Assembly (NCBI GenBank): GCA_002716165.1
Contig: PAZT01000029.1
Span: 1-49,456, forward strand
Origin: Deltaproteobacteria bacterium
Lineage (GTDB): Bacteria > SAR324 > NAC60-12
Length of the DNA: 49,456 nucleotides
Reading direction: 5' to 3'
A model generated the notes under the pieces. That model saw nothing but the letters and a program-made list of their open reading frames with translations, was not told the DNA's origin and did no database searches. Below are positions 49,407 through 49,456 of this stretch, piece after piece. The position numbers were made by a program, and so were the translations under genes. How positions within the stretch are numbered: position 1 is the stretch's first letter; every line of letters starts with the position of its first letter.

Positions 49407-49456
49407 AATGATTATGTGCCAAATAATTTTTAATATATATTTAAAATAAAAAAAAA

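Noticed and set aside
1-49456. Search for CRISPR arrays, IS elements/transposases, integrases, prophage modules, toxin-antitoxin pairs and classical defence genes.
   Set aside because: I found no regularly spaced direct repeats, no DDE/tyrosine/serine recombinase motifs, and no nuclease/helicase/methylase clusters. The window looks like core chromosome.

Overview
Visibly AT-rich 49.5 kb chromosomal segment from a diderm (Gram-negative-type) bacterium. Supporting signs are lipobox lipoproteins, an outer-membrane-type protein ending in Phe, two-subunit GlyRS, CyaY, Bpt and GhrA-like genes. It is densely packed with about 45 genes, mostly housekeeping: FtsZ-type GTPase, Bpt, MoaC, CyaY, insulinase-type M16 protease, GhrA-like dehydrogenase, IspB, TrpC-like, MoaD, PheT, tRNA-Ser(GCU), FolE, MetK, HPr, AroE, XseA, GloB, CDF transporter, GlyQ/GlyS and an EamA transporter. 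I saw no transposase, integrase, CRISPR array, rRNA or obvious prophage. Main observations: (1) The largest hole in the ORF track (19355-20325) holds two tandem paralogous mini-genes of 57 and 52 aa. Each has its own AGGAG Shine-Dalgarno, and substitutions in the conserved blocks are mostly synonymous. I cannot assign them to a family; they sit next to a moaD-like plus cNMP-binding metallo-beta-lactamase operon. (2) A 1527-aa single-chain biotin carboxylase has the unusual domain order AccA-like, ~400-aa unknown insert, AccD-like, biotin carboxylase, BCCP. (3) An FtsZ stops right after the globular core, with no C-terminal linker or tail, and lies outside any division cluster. (4) Further oddities: an expanded HisG-like protein, a four-HTH-repeat protein with candidate operators, a 599-aa orphan translationally coupled to glyQS, and a CDF transporter with a duplicated cytoplasmic domain. 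All family assignments come from motif recognition by eye; no database search was run.
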